DNA from: Squalus acanthias
Lineage: Eukaryota
DNA: 64,000 nucleotides
NCBI GenBank assembly: GCA_030390025.1
Contig: CM059425.1
Coordinates: forward strand, 174,160,001 to 174,224,000
Direction of reading: 5' to 3'
Shown: piece by piece, positions 39,193-49,546 of the stretch
Layout of the letters: every line of letters starts with the position of its first letter
How positions within the stretch are numbered: the stretch's first letter is position 1
Notes under the pieces: model-generated
Database searches by the model: none
The model's input: the letters and a program-made list of their open reading frames with translations, nothing else
What the model was told of the DNA's origin: nothing
Program-made: the position numbers and the translations under genes

Positions 39193-39562
39193 AGAGTCTT
39201 GGGGGTAGAAATTAGGTCGCGCCCCATTTGGGGCGCAAATATCGTCTGGACGCAAATATTAGCGCCTGGCGCTAATTATCGGCACTGACTGGAAACTTCA
39301 CTTTTACCGCCCCGGGAGGTGAGTGGAGCGCTAAAGCAGGCGCTGCACACCTGTCTTAAGGCGCAAAGGCCAAGGAGTGAGGCGCTAACTCAGCGCGCGA
39401 GCGCAGCGCAGCTGCTGCCAGTTAGCGAGGGAACACAGACACACTGGCGCCGGCCACTACTTAAAGCGGGGGGGGGGCCAACTTACTCCCCAGCCACACC
39501 CTGCTCATTGCAGCCTTGAATCTCGGCCTGGAGAGACCTGTGAATCCATTTTGCTGCCAAGC

Positions 39563-41441
39563 ATGGAGAGGGTGAGAGAACGCGCTCATCGCTTCACCGA
39601 GCGGGCCTTGGATGCTCTAGTTGGCGCGGTGGAGCGCAGACGATGTATGCTCTTCCCTGAGAGTGGCAGGAGGCCTTTGCCACGCGAGTTCAGAAGAGTG
39701 TGGAGGGAGGTAGCTCAGAGCGTCTCCTCCAGGAGCATGGTGCCCAGGACCCATACTCAATGCCGCAAAAAGTTCAACGACCTCACTCGGGTCGTCAGGG
39801 TGAGTGGCTTTTTCTCAATACCTCTCCATCCCTCCATCTCAACCTCACTCTATGGCCAGAGGGTCTTAAAACCCCAATGCACAACACTCATCCAACACCT
39901 ATGGCCCTTTCATGAAACACACACACACATTCCACACTTTGCATACAGTAAGGGCTATTCACCTATGGGAGGCACATCAGGCAAGACCATGGCTGCATAC
40001 AGTAAGGGCTATTCACCTATGGGAGGCACATCAGGCAAGACCATGGCTGCATACAGTAAGGGCTATTCACCTATGGGAGGCACATCAGGCAAGACCATGG
40101 CTGTATATTTACTCAGATGCTGTCCTTTTTCTTACAGGCCAAGCTGGCGCATAATCGGAGACAGCAGCAACGGACAGGTGGAGGGCGGCCTCAGCTGCAA
40201 CCCCTCAGCGATCTTGAGGAGCGCGTCCACAGGATTGTGGCAAGCCGGGTGATCGGTCCCGTCGCCACTGGAGACGCTGACCCCGTTCTGGACAGCAATG
40301 GTAAGGTCATCACCTTTTTGTCCTCTGTCCTTCCACTTGTCCCTCACAACACCAGCCTTTGACACTTTCAATCCAACTTGCTAACTCGCTGCACTTATTC
40401 CTCCCTTACTGCCACCCTGTCCTCACGCTAAAGCCACTCTTGTACCTCCCTGCTTTCAGATGGTGATTCACCAGCTGAGGAGACGGGCCCTGAAGCTGCC
40501 ACTGGGAGTGAAGCTGCAGCCGAGGAGGAAGAGGAAGCCTGAGCATCAGTGCCACCCTCTCCCGAGGAAGCCCATGCCCACACTGGGAACACGCCTTCCC
40601 TGGAGGGGAGCAGGGGGGAAGGGTCTGATGAGGGTGAAGCTCCAGGACCCAGCGGGCTGCAGCAACACCATGGGGGGGGGGTAGGGAAGAACGGGGGCCT
40701 TCTCCCCAGAGGGAGAGTATGCCAGACACTCCTACTGCAATGGACGCAGAGGAGGAGCGGCTGATCGCAGAAATGAACACCCAGGCGGTGGGCATGCACA
40801 CTGAGCTCATGGGTGCAGTGGGAAGGGTGCCCGAATGCATTGAGTCACTGGCAAGGAGTGTGGAGCACTTCGCTGTAGCACAGGCGGATGCCACACTAAC
40901 GCTTAGTGCTGCAATTCAGTCACTGGCTGCCGTGATCCCATCTCTGACTGCTCTCATACAGACTCAGATTGAGGCCACGCGAGCACAGACTGCTGCCAAC
41001 CTCGATGGTTCGTGCACATGTCCCCGGGGCTGTCACCGCGCCGCAGCAGGCCAGCAATCTGTTCTCCGGCAGATTGCTCCGGATGCTGAAGTGCTGCCCC
41101 GTGGGAGTGCCAGTGTGTCGGGCGAGCAGGGAGTTGCTGTCCTCTCTCACGATGACAGCATTCCTGCTGCCAACACTGTCACTTCTCCACTGCACTTGCC
41201 ACCGCCTGTAGGACAGACTGCTGCCGCCCATGCAGAGTTGGTGCAGTCTGCAGCCGGGCCCTCCAGGTCCAGAACTGGTCGAGGCCGTCCTTCAGGGGCA
41301 TCTGCAGTGTCAGGGTCTGACGAGCAGCAGCCTTCCACCAGCCTTGCTGCAGCCACTGAGGTCCCATTACGGAGGAGCAGTAGGGTTAGAAGGGGGGAAG
41401 TGCGCAAGGGAAGGAGATCACCCTCGAAGGGCAAAAAGTAG
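39563..41441 (+). pseudogene. Harbinger Myb/SANT-like DNA-binding protein gene; exons 39563-39799, 40138-40300 and 40460-41441; exon 3 disrupted
   Basis: RAHRFTERALDALV...W.EVA..V...RTHTQCRKKFNDL followed by AKLAHNRR...TGGG. GT-AG introns in phase 0 and 1. TGA at 40540-40542 and a frameshift at the G10 run 40672-40681. Confidence 0.85.
39941..40102. repeat. Perfect tandem repeat 54 bp x3 in Myb intron 1
   Basis: gcatacagtaagggctattcacctatgggaggcacatcaggcaagaccatggct at 39941, 39995 and 40049. Confidence 0.97.
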
Positions 41442-41733
41442 GAGGTGTGACAAAATGCTGGTCATTTTTTTATTAAAGGTCGAGGTTCGTGGTCCAACTT
41501 TTGTTTAGTGTTTTGGACATTATCTCCAGGTTGTGAGAACCAGTTATGTTATTGACTGTTTTTTTGTGTTTATTTCTATGAGTTTGTCATGAGGAATTGA
41601 CACACACAGTTTGTAAAATAAATAAGTTTCTGTATTCAAAATATACATGGTTGGTGGTTGGAATTATTGGTGCCTTGGCCGGCTTAGGGGTTGCGTGCTG
41701 GGTTCATTAATGTTGGTAGCAATGGCAGGGGCC

Positions 41734-42891
41734 CTAGAAGCGGCTTGCTATTAGCCGTTGACGGACGGCCCTTGCAGTTTGACCATTGTGGGCCGCCCTC
41801 CTGCCTTGGTGCTGCTGATGATCATCGTCCTCGTCCTCTTCCTCCTCTTCCTCCTCCTCTGGTGGTGCTCCAAGGCCTGGTGGCATTGGCTGGGTCCTGA
41901 GGATTGCCATGTTATGCAACATGCAGCACACGACTACGAAGTTCGATACTCGCTCAGGCGAGTACTGCAGGGCTCCTCCGGAATGGTCCAGACAGCGGAA
42001 CCGTTGCTTGAGCACGCCAATTGTGCGCTCAATAATGTTCCTGGTAGCTTGATGGCTCTCATTGTACCGCAGCTCAGCAGGGGTGTTGGGCGTACGGAAC
42101 GGTGTCATCAGCCAGGTGCTCAATGCATACCCCTTGTCCCCGAGAAGCCAAGCAACTGGCTGATGCGGTGCCTCGAAAAGTTCTGCCACAGTAGTCTGGC
42201 GCAGGATAAAAGCATCGTGGCAGCTGCCAGGATACTGGGCATTGACAGCGAGTATCAGCTGTCTGTGGTCACAGACCAACTGGACATTCAAGGAATGGAA
42301 CCCCTTTCTGTTCCTGAATTCCTCGGCATTCTCATGCGGAGCACGCAAAGCCACATGCGTGCAGTCAATGGCGCCCTGCACCATGGGGAAGCCCGCTATC
42401 CTCGCAAAGCCCAGAGCGCGGTCACGCTGCTTGTCTGGGGTCATGGGGAAAGAGATGAACTCTCGTCTCCTTCTGAAGAGGGCATTTGTGACCTGCCGGA
42501 TGCAGCAATGCACCGCGAACTGGGAGATATTGGCGAGGTCCCCAGCAGCAGCTTGAAATGAGCCAGTAGCGTAAAAGTTCAAAGCCACTGTGACCTTCAC
42601 TGCCACCGACAGAGACGTCCTGGACCTCAGTTGAGGCTGCAGATCTGGCTGCAGCAGGTGGCAGAGCTCAGTGACCACCTCCTTGCTGAATCGCAGCCTT
42701 CGCAAACACAGCTCCTCGGACATATGGATGTAGGAGAGCTGTTCACGATATACCCTGGGAGGGTAAGCTCTCCTGTACATACGCCTGATGGCCCTCCTCC
42801 GTCTGGCCATCATTGCCACTCTCTCTCTGCGTCTCTGTATCCTCCGATTCAGCTGGAGCAGGACGACGCCCCCAATCAGTGCAGCCCCCAT
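41734..42891 (-). CDS. Harbinger DDE transposase (HARBI1-like family), 385 aa from the first ATG
   Basis: Uninterrupted ORF with [47 protein letters not shown] and CCMLHN. Confidence 0.95.
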   Translation of the reverse strand: MGAALIGGVVLLQLNRRIQRRRERVAMMARRRRAIRRMYRRAYPPRVYREQLSYIHMSEELCLRRLRFSKEVVTELCHLLQPDLQPQLRSRTSLSVAVKVTVALNFYATGSFQAAAGDLANISQFAVHCCIRQVTNALFRRRREFISFPMTPDKQRDRALGFARIAGFPMVQGAIDCTHVALRAPHENAEEFRNRKGFHSLNVQLVCDHRQLILAVNAQYPGSCHDAFILRQTTVAELFEAPHQPVAWLLGDKGYALSTWLMTPFRTPNTPAELRYNESHQATRNIIERTIGVLKQRFRCLDHSGGALQYSPERVSNFVVVCCMLHNMAILRTQPMPPGLGAPPEEEEEEEEDEDDDHQQHQGRRAAHNGQTARAVRQRLIASRF

Positions 42892-43082
42892 ATTCTCTTT
42901 GCAAGCAAAGTAATGAAGGACAGCAACTAAAGTAGCAGCAAAGTTAGGATCAATAGGCAAAACTACCTCACAAAGCGTTGAGTCAATGTAGAAGTCTCTC
43001 TTTCTCTCTCTCCGAATCTCTCTCTCTCTCTCAGAACGAGTGGTGCAAAAATGTCGACCACAGAAAAAGACAGGAAGAGGCC

Positions 43083-43230
43083 CCCTTTAAATAGCGCCCC
43101 CCCCAGCCCCACAGCGATTGATAGCGTTCCAGTCTTCCGGTCGTTGGAAGCGCCAGGCGGTAAGGCAGGGGGCGCCACTCAATTTCCGCTCCGGGGCGCC
43201 ACAAGGGCGTTGCACCATGGAATGACGTCA
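43083..43230 (-). promoter_or_regulatory. Putative transposase promoter (TATTTAAA plus TGACGTCA CRE palindrome)
   Basis: Minus-strand gctatttaaaggg at about 43083-43095 and tgacgtca at 43223-43230. Both are retained in the family D MITEs. Confidence 0.5.
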
Positions 43231-43464
43231 CAATCTGCGCGCGCAGGTGGTCGCAGCGGTAAGTTTTAGCGACGCCGCACAATGTCAAGTTAAGTTCCCG
43301 AGCGGCGCAAACATCGCTGTGCCCGGGCGTTAGCGGCTTTGCGCCCCATTAGCACCCTCTTAAGGCGCTAACGGGAGGCGCAACCAACTGAATTTTTACC
43401 CCTTGGTCTGATAACTGTGGAGAGGAAAATCATGCAGCGATACATGATACATTACAGTAAAAAG

Positions 43465-43892
43465 ACATGAATTTCACAACCTCAGGACGTCCCAAAGCGC
43501 TTTACAGCCAATGAAGTACTTTTGAAGTGTAGTCACTGTTGCAATGTAGGAAATGTGGCAGCCAATTTGCGCATAGCAAGCTCCCACAAACAGCACTAAT
43601 GACCAGATAATTTTTTTTTGTGATGTTGATTGAGGGATAAATATTGGCCAGGACTCCGGGGATAACTCCCCTCCTCTCCTTCGAAATAGTGCCATGAGAT
43701 CTTTTACATCCGCCTGAGAGCAGACGCAGCTTCGGTTTAATGTCTCATCCGAAAGACGGCACTTCCAACAGTGCAGCACTCCCTCAGTAATGCATTGGCG
43801 TATCAGCCTGGATTTTTTGTGCTCAAGTCTCTGGAGTGGGACTTGAACCCACAACCTTCTGACTCAGAGGCAAGAGAGCGACGGCTGACACA
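43465..43892 (-). mobile_element. tRNA-derived SINE (resembles shark DeuSINE/SacSINE1-type)
   Basis: Minus-strand gcctctgagtcagaaggttgtgggttcaagtccc (B box). Homologous copies at 48935-49296 and 57575-57690. Confidence 0.75.
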
Positions 43893-44221
43893 GTAGTTGA
43901 TTAGAGTGACGGTTTTCTGTTAGGATTCTTGGCTTACCTGGATATTGGGCATAAAAGGTACACTCATTGTAAAAGGACAGGAGGGCTGCTTATGTGTGGA
44001 TAGTGACATTGAACCCAAGAACATATCTAGTGTAAAAAACCCAAAATATGGCATACATCATTAAAAAAAATTTGCTATACTTGTTATACAGGATAATGTT
44101 GAGAAGTCTATGAAAAATGTTACTTATATATTTTACATTAAATCATGGTAACATTACTGTCCCTTCCCGTAATACAACTGTTTTACAATATATTATACAC
44201 AGTAACCCTTTTTTAAATTTG

Positions 44222-44450
44222 TTTATGGGATGTGGGGGTCACTGGCAAGGCCAGCATTTATTGCCCATCCCTAATTGCCCTTGAGAAGGTGGTGGTGAGC
44301 CGCCGCCTTGAACTGCAGTCTGTGTGGTGAAGATACTCCCACAGTGTGTTAGGGAGGGAGTTTGACCCAGCGACAATGAAGGATCGGCGATATACTTCTA
44401 AGTTAGGATGGTGTGTGACTTGGAAGGGAACTTGGAAGTGGTGGTGTTCT
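44222..44450. repeat. Dispersed LINE-tail-like repeat
   Basis: gggatgtgg...ggcaaggccagcatttattgcccatccct is also present at about 22240 and 63848. Confidence 0.7.
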
Positions 44451-44899
44451 TTGCTGTGATATGGTCATAACTTGCAACAGGAAAAGATGAACATACCAAA
44501 TCCAGATAAATAAAGTGGAGAAAAGAAGCTATGCTCCCATAAGGCAAAAGCCGTTGGTGGCAACAGAAGGTATGAACTGCAGTGAGAAAGCTCACAATTA
44601 TACACAGAACACTGGCTGATCTACCCTCAACTTAGCCCAGGGACACTAAGAACAATGTTAGCACCCCTACTGCTGTGCAAATGAGATTAGTTAGCAGCAC
44701 TGACCAGAGATCAAATCTTGGACTTTCTGGTCTGTTTGGCTTTGTATCGAGCTACACGGTACATTTACCCCCTAAGAATTTGGGAAGCTTAATTTTCTCC
44801 ATTAAGGTAAAAGTTAGCACAACTCAACTGATCTTATCAGATCCATGATGCACATTCATTTGTAAATGTAGTGTGAATAAATACACTTTTACCAAAATA

Positions 44900-46942
44900 T
44901 ACTCAATTTTGACTTTGAATATTTATTGAAGAATTCCTACTAAAGTAAGCACAAAATAGTGTTACACTGAGTATATGGGGTATAACAGTAAAACAGTTGA
45001 CGGTCACATTTTCAATAAAACATGTACTTTTATCATAAAGCATAATCTTTATACATCTGCAAAATGCCACTAAAGTACTACTTTACTAGTTACACAACTA
45101 AATTCTAATCAAACATAAAATTTAAACACAGTAAATAATGAATACATGCATCAGCATTTAACAGTCAGAAACTGGAATAGTTCAGAACAAGCAGGAAGGC
45201 CTGCATGGAAGGAAGAGCTACGAAGACATTAAAATATTTCTTAAGGTGGGCTTTCAGACCATATCATACACAGCAGCATCTCATACTTGGTGGTTCTATA
45301 TGGTTTTGTTTAAAAGGGAGCAAACACAAAATAGCAAACATCCTTTTCTCTCCACTTTCCCCATTGTTCACAATGAGCATTTAGATCTTTTGTTCCTCAG
45401 CAAAAATGAAGGATAGCTTCTTTGGGAAAATTAAACCAAATCTGGGATAAAATGGACGCTACACCATCTTTGATTCCAAAATGAGCTATGCAGTCAACTG
45501 CATTTACCGATCAGCTCTAAAGTATTTTCTTGTAGATTGGCAAATGTTACACGGTCATAACTGGTACTAAGACTATGAAGGTGTCAGCTAATTTGTTATT
45601 ACATGTCATTTACAACAATAATTGCTTACCTATCAAAGAGGAAAACCTATCAGAGATTGGCATAGACAAAAGGAAGTTGGCAACAGGAATCATATTCTAT
45701 TGACTTGGTGGGAGTTCATCTGCTTGGTTCTTGAAGCCAATAGCCTTTCCCCCCAATCACCACCTTACTTTCAATCACCTCATTTTGAAATTATTGAAAC
45801 ATGCGAAATACTGTAGCTTACTTTATAGTCACGTTTAGTGCATTTTATCCATTAAGGACATCATTCAAAACAACAAAATGCCTGTCTCAACCTACAGCGG
45901 AGTATTAAAAAAAATATTTTTAAAGATTTCTTAAATCTATGAAAGAAGTACTTAAAAGGGAGAAAGTAATTTAAAAAGGTACGGTTGCAATGCTGCAATT
46001 GTCCCTTTTCCTCTCAGGCACAGTCGTGCACCCAGTTTGCTGCAACTCAACTCTCCAGTCAACAGGTACTGCTCCTAGCCTAACAGATCCAATATGAAAG
46101 CCACCGAACATTCAGAAACAAGTCACTCCAGTCCAAAAATGAAAGCAATCAGAAAAGCATCAATACCCTCACAGAACAGGGAAAATAAAAATTAAAATCC
46201 ATCAGAGCTACCTTGCCAAGGAGCATGTTTAAAATCCAAAATAGCACCATTCATCAGTGTCTCAAATCCCGTGGCAGCACCTCAATCACTTACCACAAGG
46301 AAACAATGCATTACATACTATTACAGTATTTCTATACATAAAATTTACATGGCTAAAATATGAGGTTACATAGGCAATTGAAGATTTCAGACATACATTA
46401 TAAACAAACAAGCTTAATACATTAAAATAAAATGTAAGGGACTCTCAGCCTTTGTATTCTATTAGTTAACAATGAGAAAATGACATGTAAAAGAAGAAAC
46501 TCTTTGGTTGTACACTTTCAATGGAATAATGGAAGACAATGTGTTGCATGGTACGACCAGGCCTGAAGGCCCACCTGTATTGGTTGTAAACATTGTTGTT
46601 CACAGTGTGTATATTTTAGTGTTTCCAGTTTAGTAAAACTGCTATTTGTTATTTTGTGGTAATATTGTCCATGGTACAAATCAGCCAGGTTCAGAGTCCC
46701 CTCAATTTGTTTTATCTAAAAATTAAAAAAAACACAAACTCTGAAACTGTGCCACTTCATCAAAACCCATACACCAAGTCAATACACATGGAAGAATAAT
46801 GATTGAATATAGAGGGACTCCATCTTCTTTCAGCAAAACATGAATCTGCCTCCATTGAAGGAGTCAGGACCAAGACTTTGGTCTTATTTTCCCCTTCTTG
46901 AAGCCAGTTTTCTTTCTTCTGGTGGGAGATATGAAGCATTCC
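44900..46942 (-). other. Candidate terminal exon/3' UTR of an unidentified host gene
   Basis: Acceptor ttgtgttttcattaaag at 46943, about 2 kb of AT-rich sequence without recognisable TEs, and AATAAA on the minus strand at 44922-44927. Confidence 0.55.
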
Positions 46943-47054
46943 CTTTAATGAAAACACAACATTAAATTAAACTCAAACTGTTTATGTACAGCATAGTTCC
47001 TCAGAATCAATTTTTGTATTACATTAAAAACTGAACAAAAAATTATACATCAGG

Positions 47055-47560
47055 AAAGAACATAAGGAATAGGAGCAGGAATAGGCCACTTGGCCCCTCG
47101 AGCCTGCTCCGCCAATCAATAAGATCATGGCTGATCTTGAGCTCAAAGCCACTTCCCTGCCCGCTCCCCATAACCCTTCACTCCCTTATCTTGCAAAAAT
47201 CTGTCTATCTCCACCTTAAATGTATTTAATGACCCAGCCTCCACGGCTCTCTGGGGCAGAGAATTCCACAGATTTACGACCCTCAGAGAAGAAATTCCTC
47301 CTCATCTCAGTTCTAAAAGGGCGACCCTTTATTCCGAAACTATGCCCCCGAGTTCTAGATTTCCCCACGAGGGGAAACATCCTCTCTGCATCTACCTTGT
47401 CGAGCCCCCTCAGTATCTTATATGTTTCAATAAGATCACCTCTCATTCTTCTAAATTCCAATGAGTATAGGCCCAACCTGCTCAACCTTTCTTCATAAGT
47501 CAACCTCCTCATCTCAGGAATCAACCGAGTGAATCGTCTCCAAACTGCCTCCAATGCAAG
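47055..47560 (-). mobile_element. CR1 LINE 3' fragment
   Basis: ORF RRFTRLIPEMRRLTYEERLSRLGLYSLEFRRMRGDLIE plus the 3' UTR. Confidence 0.9.
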
Positions 47561-47897
47561 CGAAAGAACACAAATTAAAGCATTAATTAAAGATGGACCT
47601 TTACTTTCACATTCATCACAACACAGAAAGTGCAGAAACCATCCAATAATGAATCACTGCCAGTACAAGAAATTTAGTTGAAACTAATTGCATCAACAAA
47701 TAGATTTTTTACCCCAAGAATCTTCCCAGCCCCTCAAGTTTTAAAAGGCAGCATTTTGCTTCCACTATAGAAGAACAGCATAGAATGTATTTCTCCTTTG
47801 AGTGAAGTCCAGGAACCTAGTTTGTTCAACATTTGAACAAAAGAAGCCTTACAAATCAGTGGCTTTCTTTTCATATTACTGCTTCATTCCCTTGTTC

Positions 47898-48921
47898 AAA
47901 AGCAAAATACTGCGGTGGCTGGAAATCTGAAATAAAAACAGAAAATGCTGAAAATACTCAGCCAGGCAGGCAGCATCTGTGGAGAAAGAAACAGAGATAA
48001 CGGCCGCAATTTTCTTCAGAGAGGCGGGTTCGAGGCAGGCGGAAGGCCAGGTTTCCCACAGGCCCTGCTGACTTTACCGGCAGGGCCTAATTTGAACACG
48101 AGGCCTCGGTTTTCCCGCCTGCAGCCAGCCAGATTGAGAGGCTGGCTGGTTGCGGGCGGGTAGGCCTCAGTTGAGAGGGGCGGTCTGGGGGAAGGTCAGG
48201 AATCGGGAGGGGGAGGGAGGATTGGCGGGGGAGTTGCAGGATCAGCAGGGGATCGGAAGGCCGGCGGGGATCGAAAGGCAAGCGGTGATCGCCGGGGGAG
48301 GGGGGGGGGGCGGAATCGGGGAGAAATCAGGGTTAGGGGCCGGATCGGGGATCGTGGGGGGCCGGCCAGGGATCGGCAGGGGACTGGAGAATCAGGGCTG
48401 GCCACCGGAGGATCGTGGCCGGCCTCATCATCATCACTGGGGGCAAGGGGGCTGGTAATGCGATCGGAGGCCGCATGGCGGGTGGGGGTCTCCGATCGCG
48501 GGGGTGGGTATGGGTGGGACCCTGGGTCCAGGAGGTAGGTATACATCCACTTACCTCCTGGATGCAGCAGGCTCCGCCTCTGTTTAGCTGCTAGGTTTCA
48601 TGAATTGTGTGAAACCTGCCCCCAGGCAGTTAAATTCAAATTGGACGGGGAAAAAGAGGCTTCCAGCCTCACTATAATATTTAACTTGACATTCCACCCC
48701 TGGGAGCGGGAAGGTGCCCGCCCCGTCTGCCTCTAGCAAAACCGGAAGCGGGCGGGATCAGGTCGGGAATCCCACTTTTAAATCTTTAACTGCCCCCACG
48801 CTCCAAACCCACCCATTTTTAATGGGAAAATTCCGGCCAACGTTTCAGGTCGATGACCTTTCTCTCTCCACAGATCCTGCCTAACCTGCTGAGTATTTCC
48901 AGCATTTTCTGTTTTTATTTC
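47898..48921. repeat. Inverted-repeat (fold-back) element split by a MITE
   Basis: Arms 47930-47991 and 48858-48920 are reverse complements (aaataaaaacagaaaatgctg...tctgtggaga). Confidence 0.8.
48002..48838. mobile_element. Harbinger-type MITE with GC-rich gggatc repeats
   Basis: TIRs ggccgcaattttc / gaaaattccggcc and AAC TSD. Confidence 0.88.
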
Positions 48922-48934
48922 ATTCCCTTATTAG

Positions 48935-49296
48935 CCTTGACTCAATAGTAGCACTTTTACCTCTGAGTCAGAAGGATATGGATTCAAGCCCACTCTAGAG
49001 ACTTGAGCACATAATCTAGGCTGACACTTCAATCCATACTGAGGAAGTGATGCACTGTTGGTGGTGCTGTCTTTCAGATAAGATGTTGAACTGAGGCCCT
49101 GTCTTCCCTTTTAGATGAACAGAAAAGATTCATGGCACTATTTCAAGAAGAGCTGGGGAATTCTCCATTGGCCAACACTTCTCTCAACCAGTACCATGAA
49201 AACCAGATACTGAGGTCATTTATTTCATTGCTGTTTGTGGGACCTTGCTGTGTGCAAATTAGATGCTGTGTTTCCCTACATTACAACAGTTACTAC
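48935..49296 (+). mobile_element. tRNA-derived SINE; its 3' part resumes at about 53413-53440
   Basis: Homologous to the reverse complement of 43465-43892. Interrupted by the Harbinger at 49297. Confidence 0.75.
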
Positions 49297-49546
49297 GGCC
49301 TCGATTTTAATGGAGGAGGCGGGATGAAGTCGGGTTGCCTGGTGGACGGGTTTTGGACCCGCTGCCGGTTTCAGCTGCTCCCGATGTCCCAGTTCAGTTT
49401 AATTGGACCAATTAGTCCCGTCGTGCGCGCTGCCTGCTGCAATGTGTGGGAGCGGGTCTGTTGGTCTGCACTTGTTTTAAGGGCTCCATGTAGCCTCAGC
49501 CTCTCATTTCTCGTTACTGCTGCAGCTGGAATGGGCCAAGGAGACC

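Larger units (their letters stand above)
39202..43402. mobile_element. Full-length autonomous-type PIF/Harbinger transposon (4.2 kb)
   Basis: TIRs ggggtagaaatt / aatttttacccc and TTG TSD. Convergent Myb/SANT gene (+) and DDE transposase (-). Confidence 0.95.

Noticed and set aside
39941..40102. CRISPR-like array
   Set aside because: The units are contiguous and identical with no spacers and no cas genes. It is a simple intronic tandem repeat.
39551..40252. 233-aa ORF as the real Myb protein
   Set aside because: It reads through the GT donor at 39800 into the intronic repeat. The conserved continuation is in spliced exon 2.
41758..42561. 267-aa plus-strand ORF
   Set aside because: Antisense shadow of the transposase with no recognisable motifs.
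41734..42891. Domesticated host HARBI1 gene
   Set aside because: It lies within TIRs and a TSD with a partner Myb gene and related MITEs, so it is a transposon copy.
43830..43892. tRNA gene
   Set aside because: A B box is present but there is no full cloverleaf. It is a SINE head.
48150..48546. Gly/Pro-rich ORFs on both strands
   Set aside because: They arise from low-complexity gggatc repeats inside a MITE.
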